This document shows, in pieces, positions 54,159-63,702 of a DNA stretch of 64,000 bases. Under the pieces are notes generated by a model that made no database searches, was not told the origin of the DNA, and saw only the letters and a program-made list of their open reading frames with translations. A program made the position numbers and the translations under genes. The stretch is from Candidatus Woesearchaeota archaeon (GTDB lineage: Archaea; Nanobdellota; Nanobdellia; Woesearchaeales; UBA9642). The stretch is from assembly GCA_041658255.1 (NCBI GenBank), contig JBBAAQ010000006.1:1005-65004 (forward strand). The letters run 5' to 3'. Each line of letters begins with the position of its first letter. The stretch's first letter is position 1.

Positions 54159-54554
54159 TTATTTAGATATAGCAATTATCGCTAATATTAGGGAAGCTAT
54201 AGCAATTAATACTGTTACTACAGAAATTATAACTTCATAATCTCGTGCTCTTCGTATCCATCCCCTAAATGTAAAGAATTTTGTATAAACCGCGAGTAAT
54301 TTTTCGTAAATGGGAACAATCATCATATAAGTCGGATGAGCTCCACTAACTTCAGGATAATTTATATGCGGATGCAATATTCTGACTGCCCCTGAAGATT
54401 CTAAATAATAAACTACTTTGTTAACTTCTTTATATTTTAAATTTAATCCTAACATAATTTCACTTGCATAAACGCCATTTGGGGAGCTTTCCAAGATACG
54501 TTCAATAATTGGTCGAAAATATTTTTCTTTCGTTATATCGAGATTTTTAGTCAC
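54159..54554 (-). CDS. putative winged-HTH protein with a C-terminal TM anchor
   Basis: wHTH-like segment IIERILESSPNGVYASEIMLGLNLKYKEVNKVVYYLESSGAV. C-terminal segment VIISVVTVLIAIASLILAIIAI. Confidence 0.4.
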   Translation of the reverse strand: MTKNLDITKEKYFRPIIERILESSPNGVYASEIMLGLNLKYKEVNKVVYYLESSGAVRILHPHINYPEVSGAHPTYMMIVPIYEKLLAVYTKFFTFRGWIRRARDYEVIISVVTVLIAIASLILAIIAISK

Positions 54555-54663
54555 GAATTACTAAAGGCATCAGTATTTAAATAGTTTTTCAAAGGTGACG
54601 TTAACTTAACAGCTCATAAAATAATCAGCTTTTTATATCCCTATCTCTTAACTGCTATTGGTG

Positions 54664-55251
54664 ATGATGATGGATCTCAAAAAACTTGCGATGGTTATTG
54701 GAATTGCGGCACTCTTGCCATTATTTATCGGATTATTTATGGATGCAGTATATACTGAACCGCGTTATGATAAATATTGTAATGAGTCGATGTATGCATA
54801 TCCTGCTAAGATCGGAACGAATTGTACCTATCAACCAAATCCCTTACAGGATCAATGTTATCGTGATCAGGGCAGTGCACGTATGAAGTTTGATGCGAAT
54901 GGTTGCGAAACATTTGATAAATGTGATTATTGTTCTAAAGATTATAGTAATGCGCAGCAGATGTATAATCGTAATCTCTTCTTCATCCTCATGCCGGTCG
55001 GCCTCATCATTGTTATCCTCGGAATCTATCTATTGGTAGACTATATCGGTGCAGGGTTGATGTTTGCAGGACTCATCACCATGTTTTATGCGACTATACG
55101 ATACTTTACGGACATGAGCAAGCTCCTACGTGCAATAGTTATCCTTATCGAACTCCTCATCATCATGTGGATCGGATATAAGAAGATTGGAAGGCATGAT
55201 GAAGAAAGAGTAAGCGTTAAAAAGAAAGAAAAAGGAAAAAAACACAGATAA
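54664..55251 (+). CDS. membrane protein with a Cys-rich extracytoplasmic loop
   Basis: TM segments at both ends. Eight Cys residues lie between residues about 40 and 95. Confidence 0.45.
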   Translation: MMMDLKKLAMVIGIAALLPLFIGLFMDAVYTEPRYDKYCNESMYAYPAKIGTNCTYQPNPLQDQCYRDQGSARMKFDANGCETFDKCDYCSKDYSNAQQMYNRNLFFILMPVGLIIVILGIYLLVDYIGAGLMFAGLITMFYATIRYFTDMSKLLRAIVILIELLIIMWIGYKKIGRHDEERVSVKKKEKGKKHR

Positions 55252-55269
55252 AAATAAGTTAGATATAAA

Positions 55270-55878
55270 ATGAGCAAAACCAGACGTCAAACTAAAGAAG
55301 ATATTGTTGATGAGCTTATTTCTCGTAAAGAAACAGATTTTGACTTAACTGATAAAGAACAAAAGGCCTTAGCAAAAATATTAAGTGATTTTCTCTCAGG
55401 CATTCATCAGAGAAAAAGAGGCTATGTTTATACGCATAACAGAATTATGCAGGAGACATCTGCATGGTTTGAATACTGGGGATATGATGTTGCGGTTGAA
55501 GTTCCTTTTTCTATGGGAAAATTTGATGCTGAAACAGTCAGATTTGATTTAGTAGCTCAGAAAGGTAAAGAATTAGTTGTCATTGAAGTAAAAGACATGA
55601 TGAATAAAAGAGACTTTGGACAATTGAATTATTACGCAGATATGCTTCAAAAAACTAAGACTAAAGCAAAGTTATATCTAGCAATAGATTTTTTGGAGAT
55701 TGATGATGCCATGGATGATGAAACCGCTATGGGTGAAATGGTAAAAGAAATAATGGAAAGAGAACATATCGGTCTAATATTTGTTGATAAGATTATATGT
55801 GTTATTTGTGATAACTACGAACAATTATCTCTACAAAAAATGCCAGACTTACAAATTTATTTAGAAGAAACAGAATAA
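55270..55878 (+). CDS. PD-(D/E)xK (RecB/Cas4-like fold) nuclease candidate
   Basis: Ordered motifs AVEVP ... RFDLVA ... VVIEVKD ... GQLNYY (E, D, ExK, QxxxY). No Cys cluster. Confidence 0.45.
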   Translation: MSKTRRQTKEDIVDELISRKETDFDLTDKEQKALAKILSDFLSGIHQRKRGYVYTHNRIMQETSAWFEYWGYDVAVEVPFSMGKFDAETVRFDLVAQKGKELVVIEVKDMMNKRDFGQLNYYADMLQKTKTKAKLYLAIDFLEIDDAMDDETAMGEMVKEIMEREHIGLIFVDKIICVICDNYEQLSLQKMPDLQIYLEETE

Positions 55879-55891
55879 AAGTGGTGAGGCT

Positions 55892-56905
55892 ATGCTTAAG
55901 AAATTATTTGAGAAAAAATCATTCATCGCAGATATTACAGAACGTGCAATCACTATTGCAAAACATGCATCGAAAACAATCGTCTACGCAGATAGTGAGG
56001 ATACTGTTCTTCTTGCGTGCGCAAGTGTTGCAAAAGAGAAGATTGCAAAGCCGCTCATTGTCGGAACAAAAAAACATATTCTTTCGTCATACGCGCGATT
56101 AAAGATAAAACATCTTAATGAGAAGAACATTGTTGAACCTGATGAAATAAGTGAAGAATTTATCTCTTTTGTAAAATTATATCTTGCGATGCGTACAAAA
56201 GACGGAAAAATTGTTACGCATGAAGAAGCGACTTCGCGTATGAAACAATCGCACTATTATGCGGCAATGCTCCTTTCAACAGGAAAAGCAGATGGTATGA
56301 TTGCAGGATTCTCAAGTGCAACAAAGCCCTATCTTCCGGCATTTGAAATCATCAAGACCTATGAAGGCATTAGTCGCGCATCAGGACTATTCATCATGGA
56401 CAAAGACAAACCCTATTTCTTTGCAGATTGCGCATTAAACATTAATCCGACGTCAGATCAGCTTGCAGAAATTGCCGCAACAACTGCAGATACGGTTATT
56501 AATTTTGGCATCAAACCAAAAATTGCCATGCTCTCATTTTCAACACGGGATTCTGCAAAACATGAAATGGTCGATAAAGTCAAGAATGCAACGCGCAGTG
56601 TCAAAGAAAAACATCCTGAACTTTTAATTGACGGGGAAATACAGTTTGATGCCGCGATTATTCCGGGCGTGATGCAGCGTAAATGTGCTGATTCTGTGTT
56701 GAAGGGCGATGCCAATGTGTTCATCTTTCCCGACCTGAATTCCGGAAACATCAGCTATAAGATTGCAGAACGGCTCGGCGGATATAAAGCGATTGGTCCA
56801 ATCATGCAAGGATTAAATAAACCCGTCAATGATCTATCTCGTGGCTGTTCGAGTCAGGATGTTGTGGATTTGACGGCAATTACGGTGATGCAGAGTTTAC
56901 AGTAA
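55892..56905 (+). CDS. pta: phosphate acetyltransferase (catalytic PTA_PTB domain only)
   Basis: 337 aa, with ADGMIAG, AMLSFST and PVNDLSRGCS motifs. Confidence 0.75.
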   Translation: MLKKLFEKKSFIADITERAITIAKHASKTIVYADSEDTVLLACASVAKEKIAKPLIVGTKKHILSSYARLKIKHLNEKNIVEPDEISEEFISFVKLYLAMRTKDGKIVTHEEATSRMKQSHYYAAMLLSTGKADGMIAGFSSATKPYLPAFEIIKTYEGISRASGLFIMDKDKPYFFADCALNINPTSDQLAEIAATTADTVINFGIKPKIAMLSFSTRDSAKHEMVDKVKNATRSVKEKHPELLIDGEIQFDAAIIPGVMQRKCADSVLKGDANVFIFPDLNSGNISYKIAERLGGYKAIGPIMQGLNKPVNDLSRGCSSQDVVDLTAITVMQSLQ

Positions 56906-57053
56906 TTAGGGCGCGCGTAGTCGTAACATTTATAAAAGATTATTTATTCCTTCTCTTATTACCAAACCCGTCTCGGTATAGAGATGTGGAGCGCCACCTG
57001 AGGTAAAAAATATGGTGGACGAAGATTCATTCTTCGTATCTTGAAAAAAGGTA

Positions 57054-57665
57054 ATGGAGCACAACATGGCAGACCACAGTTTACTTGTACCAACAGAAGA
57101 TTATCTGAAATCAGGAATCCATATCGGAACAAAGTTTAAGACTAAATATATGGAAAAATTTATTTACAAGACGCGTCCTGACGGTCTCAACGTCCTTAAT
57201 ATCCAGCAAATTGATGAGCGTATCCGCATGGCAACTGACATGCTTTCTGCATTCGCGCCAGAAGATATTGTCATTGTTTCCCGCCGAGAGAATGGATGGA
57301 AGGCAGTCAAAGCCTTTGGCAAAGCAACAGGCGCACGGGTATTTGCAGGAAGATACACCCCAGGGCTCATGACGAATCCTCAGCTTAAGACATTTGTCGA
57401 AGCAAAAATAATGCTTGTTATTGATGCATGGCCTGATAAAAATGCGATGATGGATGCCTATCATGTCGGAATTCCAGTCATTGCACTCTGCGATACAAAT
57501 AATACGGCAAATTATATTGATCTTGTCGTTCCCTGCAATAATAAAGGTAAGAAATCACTTGGACTCCTCTTCTACGTCTTGACACAACGCTACATGGTCA
57601 ATCGTCACATGCTCAAGCGGCCTGAAGACTTCAAGATGAAGATGGAAGATTTCTCAGACGAATAA
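57054..57665 (+). CDS. rps2: 30S ribosomal protein S2 (uS2)
   Basis: LLVPTEDYLKSGIHIGT, RPDGLNVLNI and VPCNNKGKKSLGL motifs. Confidence 0.9.
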   Translation: MEHNMADHSLLVPTEDYLKSGIHIGTKFKTKYMEKFIYKTRPDGLNVLNIQQIDERIRMATDMLSAFAPEDIVIVSRRENGWKAVKAFGKATGARVFAGRYTPGLMTNPQLKTFVEAKIMLVIDAWPDKNAMMDAYHVGIPVIALCDTNNTANYIDLVVPCNNKGKKSLGLLFYVLTQRYMVNRHMLKRPEDFKMKMEDFSDE

Positions 57666-57681
57666 GACGGGAATCTATTTT

Positions 57682-57969
57682 TTATTGTTTTATGATTATT
57701 TTTCCGGCCTTGAATAATTCATCAAAACGTTGCGATGGTCCAGAAGGCAGAAGTAGACCGAATGATTGTAAATCTTTCTGATTTGCAAAAACTAATTTTA
57801 TGCCTGGAGATCTGGCAAGTTCAGTGAGACGTTTGCATGCTATAAAGAAATTTTCATCACCATAATCTTCAAGTAATACCGCACAATAGGATTCAGGAAG
57901 CATATAACTTCTACCAGTAATAGGCACAGTATCTGCGCCTACTGCTTGAACAAAAATTGTTTTAACCAT
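57682..57969 (-). CDS. hypothetical protein
   Basis: Non-overlapped 95-aa ORF. Confidence 0.4.
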   Translation of the reverse strand: MVKTIFVQAVGADTVPITGRSYMLPESYCAVLLEDYGDENFFIACKRLTELARSPGIKLVFANQKDLQSFGLLLPSGPSQRFDELFKAGKIIIKQ

Positions 57970-58020
57970 GATTTCACCTTCGCAACTTGAATGTTTACTT
58001 AGTGATGAGATTTAAATAGT

Positions 58021-58746
58021 TTATTCTTTTAGTTTTTTTAAATGTTGTTTAGCATTTTTCCATAATGCTTCAAATTGATTCTTATATGCTGTTGCGATTT
58101 CTTGTGAGTCAATACGTATTGCAACCGGTTCTGACCAATTAATGATAAGAATGGTCGAAGGTAAGATGATTGTAGTACTGGGAAATGTTAATCCTTGAGG
58201 AAGATATCTTACTTTTGTGGTTTGGGAAGTAATGATTTTTTTACCATACTCGACAAGAATACGCTCACGGATTTTTTTGCATTCAACGCGTTTTACGAAT
58301 TGTTTCGAATATATTGGCATTAATTCGGTCAATTGTCCTGCATCTCCGATGATGCAATACCTTTTTGCGGTCGCAAGGACTTCTTCACCAAGTCTTTTAA
58401 ACCCTTCAATTCCTCGATATACACTAATAGGTGTTTCAGTGCGTTTTGCAGTTATCGCAAGGGTTTCAAGCTGTGGCAATAGTGTTTTAAATTCACGGGT
58501 TTGTTTTTCAAGTTCATAAATTAGGGTACGCGGTGAAACTGGCGAGAATTTTAATGTCCGTCCATCTTTAACAGTATTTACAAAATTTTTATCACGTAAT
58601 CGTTCAAGAATTTTATAGATGTGTGTTCGCTCTATTTTTGTTTCTTTTTTTAACTCTTCGACAGAGGATGATCCTAACTTAACTAACGCAAGATAGATTT
58701 TTGTTTCTTTCGCGGATAAACCAAGTTGCGCAAACACTTCATCCAT
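58021..58746 (-). CDS. TrmB-family transcriptional regulator
   Basis: N-terminal wHTH segment LGLSAKETKIYLALVKLGSSSVEELKKETKIERTHIYKILERL. Confidence 0.75.
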   Translation of the reverse strand: MDEVFAQLGLSAKETKIYLALVKLGSSSVEELKKETKIERTHIYKILERLRDKNFVNTVKDGRTLKFSPVSPRTLIYELEKQTREFKTLLPQLETLAITAKRTETPISVYRGIEGFKRLGEEVLATAKRYCIIGDAGQLTELMPIYSKQFVKRVECKKIRERILVEYGKKIITSQTTKVRYLPQGLTFPSTTIILPSTILIINWSEPVAIRIDSQEIATAYKNQFEALWKNAKQHLKKLKE

Positions 58747-58838
58747 GACTCAAGAATGTCGTTTATATTTATAAATGTATTTTTTGTGATGAAATTTTCA
58801 CAACAAAGATATAAAAAGCATATACCGATTCTTTAATC

Positions 58839-59243
58839 ATGTCTGATACGTTAGATACTATTAGTGATGCTATAGTAATTCCCGTAGTAGCAGCAATGAT
58901 GATGTGGGGCGTAGCAGGATTTTCTGAATTAACCAATTATATTAAAAATAGTGATTGGTATATTACCTATAGAAAAACACCTGATATCAAAAAAACTACA
59001 GAATATATCCAATATATGCCTTCACAATTATTTTTTGAAAAGGAATTCCCATTTCCATATGGCGCTTCGAGATTGATTGAGGGGTATGATTATGATAAAA
59101 ATGGGACGTTAGACTATGCACGCGAATGCCCTATCGTACCACGTATTAATTGGGGTCTATGGCGAATGATTAACACTAAAGAAGAATTATTTAAGCATAT
59201 GCAAGAAGAATATGCTAACTATTATAACAAAACGCTAAAGTGA
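58839..59243 (+). CDS. hypothetical protein with an N-terminal TM
   Basis: Non-overlapped 134-aa ORF. Confidence 0.4.
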   Translation: MSDTLDTISDAIVIPVVAAMMMWGVAGFSELTNYIKNSDWYITYRKTPDIKKTTEYIQYMPSQLFFEKEFPFPYGASRLIEGYDYDKNGTLDYARECPIVPRINWGLWRMINTKEELFKHMQEEYANYYNKTLK

Positions 59244-59311
59244 TCGTAGACTTGCAAAGAACTCATCCATAATCACAACCTTTTTAATATATTTCATTCT
59301 TAGTTATTCCA

Positions 59312-60298
59312 ATGAAAAAGAGAGGTTTTAGTTTTCTGCCCAGGAGCCTGAAGTCAAAGTATGACTGGGGCGATGTGGTGCGTGCATCAGGAGTCTATGA
59401 ATGTTCGGTCTGCGCTAATTTTGAGGCATTCAAGAAGGGGGAACGATTCTCCCAATGCCAGGATTGCATCAATGATCATCGATCAGAAGATAATAAATGG
59501 TATGTCACGAATGAATTCATGTATTTTGTCTCGAAAAATCTGAATATTGAATTCGAAAAACTTGCAGGGATACAGCTGCATATTGCCGACGCCATCACTG
59601 AGTATGTGGGAACAGTCGGGTTCTTTTTTGTGCATGTCATTTGGTTTTTATTCTGGGTATTTGCAAATATCGGATGGTTTGGTCCAAAATGGGTGTTTGA
59701 TCCATTCCCGTATGGTCTTCTCACGATGATTGTTTCACTTGAAGCGATTTTTCTTTCAACAATCATCATGATGAGTCAGAATGTTGCAGCAAAAAAATCC
59801 GAGATGCGTGCAGAGCACGAGTATCAGGTCAATCTTGAAACTGAGAAGAATGTTGCAGAAATACTTGCGGTTGTCAAAGACGTACGGCATGAAGCAGAAC
59901 TCAAACACGAAACAATTGAAGAGATTAAAGAGACTGTTGAGGAAATTCAGGAACTGCATGAGGATGAACAAAAAGAGAAAGAACACCAAGAGACCATTGA
60001 AGACTTTGAACAGCACGAAAAGACGCAGTTTGAAAAACAGGAAGAAATCCTCGAAAATGCAGGAATTGACATGATTGAAGAATCTGCGCCGCCCATTGTT
60101 CTCGAAGAGAAAGAGAAGAAACGCAGGAAGAAATCTGCTGCGGATGCATCGAATAAGAAACGTGCATCGCGAAAGCGTTCACGTACCGCGAAAACACTCA
60201 TCACCTTCGATGACGAATATCGTAAAGAAATCGTCGAATCAACAGAGAACACATTAAAACTTGATACGGGTAAGAAAAGAGGTAGGAAGAAGAAATAA
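59312..60298 (+). CDS. DUF1003-family membrane protein with an N-terminal zinc-ribbon-like CxxC pair and an E/K-rich tail
   Basis: FDPFPYGLLTMIVSLEAIFLSTIIMMSQN core. CSVC...CQDC near the N-terminus. Confidence 0.55.
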   Translation: MKKRGFSFLPRSLKSKYDWGDVVRASGVYECSVCANFEAFKKGERFSQCQDCINDHRSEDNKWYVTNEFMYFVSKNLNIEFEKLAGIQLHIADAITEYVGTVGFFFVHVIWFLFWVFANIGWFGPKWVFDPFPYGLLTMIVSLEAIFLSTIIMMSQNVAAKKSEMRAEHEYQVNLETEKNVAEILAVVKDVRHEAELKHETIEEIKETVEEIQELHEDEQKEKEHQETIEDFEQHEKTQFEKQEEILENAGIDMIEESAPPIVLEEKEKKRRKKSAADASNKKRASRKRSRTAKTLITFDDEYRKEIVESTENTLKLDTGKKRGRKKK

Positions 60299-60304
60299 AT
60301 CTTT

Positions 60305-60976
60305 TTATCCATTCACTTCTTCAATCCCATCCTGTACGATTCTAAATAGTATATGATTTCCTTCTTTGATGGACCGATGTTTTATGATGGTTAGTTTTCG
60401 TAAGTCTCCGCGAACCTTTTGGGTTTCAAGGAGTGCGCGACTCCAATATTTGATGACATCACCACCGACAGCTCGAATCTTCTCTCGATCCTCGAAATCT
60501 GCGTAGACCTGATTGGTGAGTAGGACGGGAATCTTTTTCTTACGGGCAATTTCAGAAAGGAGTGCCATGTGCAGTCCGAGTTCGCGATTCACATTCGTGA
60601 TATCATTCGTATTGCCGAGTTCGAGACGATACAAACTGGCGATAGAATCGACGATGATGAGCCCGAAATCTTCAGTGACACTTTTTTTCATGAATTCAAA
60701 AGCTTCTTTTTGTTCCTGATAGGTTGTTGGTGTAAGAAAGATGGTGCGATTCAACACTTCTTCAAATTCAGGACATATTTGTTTGAAGCGTGCAACACTG
60801 AATGAATTTTCTGTATCAACATAGAGGATTTTTTTATCTTTGACCTGCATCATGGCAAGGAGACAAAAATTTGTCTTACCCACACCCGGCGGGCCATAAA
60901 TCGTCGTAATGACATCTGATTCATACCCTCCATCAAGAAGTGTATCTGTAAATTCCTTACCTGTAGAGAGTCGCAT
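60305..60976 (-). CDS. radB: RadB (RecA-family paralog)
   Basis: Colinear with the remembered Pyrococcus RadB from MRLSTGKEFTDTLLDGG. Walker A GPPGVGKTN and Walker B LIIVDS. The track start at 61042 would add 22 non-conserved residues. Confidence 0.8.
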   Translation of the reverse strand: MRLSTGKEFTDTLLDGGYESDVITTIYGPPGVGKTNFCLLAMMQVKDKKILYVDTENSFSVARFKQICPEFEEVLNRTIFLTPTTYQEQKEAFEFMKKSVTEDFGLIIVDSIASLYRLELGNTNDITNVNRELGLHMALLSEIARKKKIPVLLTNQVYADFEDREKIRAVGGDVIKYWSRALLETQKVRGDLRKLTIIKHRSIKEGNHILFRIVQDGIEEVNG

Positions 60977-61038
60977 GAATTCATGGAAGAGACAGGATTT
61001 TAAAAAGGTGATTGATGCTCGCGTTGTAATTAGTGTAC

Positions 61039-61668
61039 TCATAGATTTATTGCAAGTCTTGCTTCCAAAGCATCTTTACTCACATATCCTTGCAGCCAAT
61101 AGCTATGATCTTTTGCAAGTTCTATTCGTATGTTTGCACGGTAATCTGGTTCTTTGCCTTCCTTGAATATGACGCTTCCACCGATTCGTATCCATTTACT
61201 AAGACCACACCCTGCTGTTGCGCTTGCTGAACCGCTATTTACCGGTACGCCTATCGGATAATTTGATTCTATATCAAACGTCCACGGTCCGTTAATGAAT
61301 GTTGCATACAGTTGAGGAGTTACTATGCGATATTTTCCGGTCTCATTTTTGAATAGACCGAGCGCTCCAATAATACTTACATCTTTCATTTCACAAATAT
61401 ACCCCACGTTTAATCCTTTGTTTTCTATCTCTCCATTATTCGAAATACTATTCGGGACTGCTATCACTAAATCAGCTAATGAACTATCAAGATTTTTAGT
61501 AAATATTTTTGGAATGATCGTTCCTGAAACTTTACCTTCTGAATAATTTGCATACAGATCAATTTGCGCAGCTTTTGGCCCTCTAAAACCATTGTAAAAG
61601 TCTTGCGCGTGTATGTTAACATACAGTAATGCTGCTGCGATAAATCCGAGCGTTATTGATCTTTTCAT
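61039..61668 (-). CDS. secreted beta-strand-rich protein of unknown function
   Basis: Signal-peptide-like MKRSITLGFIAAALLYVNIHAQ. Alternating hydrophobic pattern towards the C-terminus. Confidence 0.45.
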   Translation of the reverse strand: MKRSITLGFIAAALLYVNIHAQDFYNGFRGPKAAQIDLYANYSEGKVSGTIIPKIFTKNLDSSLADLVIAVPNSISNNGEIENKGLNVGYICEMKDVSIIGALGLFKNETGKYRIVTPQLYATFINGPWTFDIESNYPIGVPVNSGSASATAGCGLSKWIRIGGSVIFKEGKEPDYRANIRIELAKDHSYWLQGYVSKDALEARLAINL

Positions 61669-62264
61669 TTTATCCCTTTTAGACTTTGTTTGTGATATTC
61701 GATTATTGTATCTGGCAAAATAATTACCCCGTATCTTGGACGGAAATCAGAATTGCCCATTATTTTTTCTAAAGTCGTATAACTTCCGCCAAACCACGTG
61801 CGTTTGTTTCCAATAAAAAGTCTCAAATCAGTTTCGTCTTTCGCCAAAACCGCAGTCTGATGAAATGGATTTATATCTCTATCTGAAGAATCGCGATATT
61901 TTACAACATAAAGAGATGCATCAAGAAAACATCCTTTTTCATGATTTGCTTTAAGTAATTCTTCAGCAACTCTCGTTGAAATTCGGTAAGGAGAATTACT
62001 AGTATGCTCTGAAATTCCGAGAGGACCTATTTTCTCCAATGATTTTTCTTGAAGCAGGCAATTTCCTGGATCATATCCCTCAGAAATAATCTTTATATTT
62101 TTTGTCGGGTTAAGACCGACAATACTGAGTGTATTATCTGCAAATGTTTTTTCGATATTATTTATATCACTAAATCTGTTAGCCCCCAATACGAGAAAAG
62201 CTCTCTGTTTTTCCATTATTGCTACATACCATAAGCCCGATATTGTGTTGTTTTGTATTGACAT
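61665..62264 (-). CDS. hypothetical protein, translationally coupled to the downstream secreted protein gene
   Basis: 4-nt overlap (61665-61668). ATG at 62264, preceded by a GGGGG SD-like run. Confidence 0.45.
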   Translation of the reverse strand: MSIQNNTISGLWYVAIMEKQRAFLVLGANRFSDINNIEKTFADNTLSIVGLNPTKNIKIISEGYDPGNCLLQEKSLEKIGPLGISEHTSNSPYRISTRVAEELLKANHEKGCFLDASLYVVKYRDSSDRDINPFHQTAVLAKDETDLRLFIGNKRTWFGGSYTTLEKIMGNSDFRPRYGVIILPDTIIEYHKQSLKGIK

Positions 62265-62394
62265 ATTATTTACCCCCAAAATAAGTTATTGATGTTATGG
62301 TGTAGTGGTAACGGATTAACTATTTAATTCTTTGTGGTGGCAACTACCACCAATAAACGCAAGATATTTAAACATAAACAACAAGCATATCGTC

Positions 62395-63141
62395 ATGTAC
62401 GAAGCATTACTCAAAGATATTGGTCTCAGTCCTAATGAGGCAAAAGTCTATGAAGCGCTACTTTCTATAGGAGAATCATCAGTACAGCGCATCTCATTAA
62501 AATCAAAGGTGCACCGCAGGAATGTGTATGATTCCTTAGCAAAATTAATCGAAAAAGGGCTTGCCTCAGAAGTATTCGTCAAAGGAGAAAAAAACTTTAA
62601 AGCAACCAATCCCACAAAATTATTAGAATTACTCAAAGAAAAAGAAGAGCGAATAACCAAAGTTCTTCCGGAGATGCAGGCAAAATATAATTTTACCGAA
62701 GAAAAAGAAGAAGCTTATTTCTATCGGGGAACAGAAGGGTTTAAGGTATACCTTCAAAGTATCCTTGAGACAAAAGAAACAGCCTATTTCATCGGTGCAA
62801 AAGCATTCTGGTTAGATCCGCGATTAAAACACTATTTTTCCCGGTTTGACAAAGAACGGAAACGACTCGGCATAAAGTTCATGCATCTCTTCGATTACGA
62901 AGTAAAAGAACAGAAACCTGAAATCCTTAAACTCGTCGGGAAACCCTACAAATTCCTGCCGAAAGCATATTCCAGTTCTACCGCAGTTGATATTTTTGGC
63001 GATTATGTTGTGACATTCGTCGGTGTTAAACCCGGGCAACTCGATGAAGAACCATTGATGTTTGTTTTGAAGAGCAGAAGGCTTGCAGACGGCTACCGCA
63101 AATTCTTCCAGTTCATGTGGGATCATTGCAAAGAGAAATAA
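62395..63141 (+). CDS. TrmB-family transcriptional regulator
   Basis: wHTH segment IGLSPNEAKVYEALLSIGESSVQRISLKSKVHRRNVYDSLAKL. ATG at 62395, about 25 nt after gatatttaaac. Confidence 0.75.
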   Translation: MYEALLKDIGLSPNEAKVYEALLSIGESSVQRISLKSKVHRRNVYDSLAKLIEKGLASEVFVKGEKNFKATNPTKLLELLKEKEERITKVLPEMQAKYNFTEEKEEAYFYRGTEGFKVYLQSILETKETAYFIGAKAFWLDPRLKHYFSRFDKERKRLGIKFMHLFDYEVKEQKPEILKLVGKPYKFLPKAYSSSTAVDIFGDYVVTFVGVKPGQLDEEPLMFVLKSRRLADGYRKFFQFMWDHCKEK

Positions 63142-63181
63142 AAACAGAAATATTTATATACCACTTTAGAATAGCGATAAT

Positions 63182-63634
63182 ATGAAATCCAAATCATCTT
63201 CATCAGATAACCGTTTTTTGATTAATTTGCAAAAAGATAAAGACACAAAATCACTCTATGTGATTATACATGCTGAATCCTATTATAAGAAAAATTCTGA
63301 CGTCGGGCCGGAAAAACGCAAGGACGATTCATGGTATGTTGCAAATGTATCTTTTGATACCTTATTAAAATTTTTTCAGGAGAAACTATTTAAATTACAA
63401 GAAACGAGTGCAGACAAATGGGACTATAGAGGTACGCCGCCGCATTATAACAAAGCCAAGATAGATATCTCGTACGCAATCACTGATATTGAAAAGGTTA
63501 AAGGAGTATCTTTTGTTGTCAAAGATCGTGATTATTGCGCTGCGGATAAACCAGCGTGTAGCGCACACAGCTTTGTAGAAGAAGTAATTAATAAAGAGTA
63601 CAAGAAACTGTCGTGTGTTGATTCTACGCAGTAA
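63182..63634 (+). CDS. hypothetical protein
   Basis: Non-overlapped 150-aa ORF. Confidence 0.4.
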   Translation: MKSKSSSSDNRFLINLQKDKDTKSLYVIIHAESYYKKNSDVGPEKRKDDSWYVANVSFDTLLKFFQEKLFKLQETSADKWDYRGTPPHYNKAKIDISYAITDIEKVKGVSFVVKDRDYCAADKPACSAHSFVEEVINKEYKKLSCVDSTQ

Positions 63635-63702
63635 AAAAGACTTGTGGTGATATAAGATTATTCTTTCATAGCATTTAAATAACCACAGAGCATCTTCTAT
63701 TT

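Noticed and set aside
60977-61042. Upstream start for radB giving a 4-nt overlap with the preceding gene
   Set aside because: The extra 22 residues are not part of the conserved RadB N-terminus. A TATA-like ttttaaaa precedes the internal ATG at 60976. It is kept only as an alternative.
62297-62316. tRNA D-arm-like string ggtgtagtggtaacgg
   Set aside because: No acceptor stem, anticodon arm or GTTCRAATC T-arm can be built around it. By eye I found no convincing tRNA anywhere in the window.
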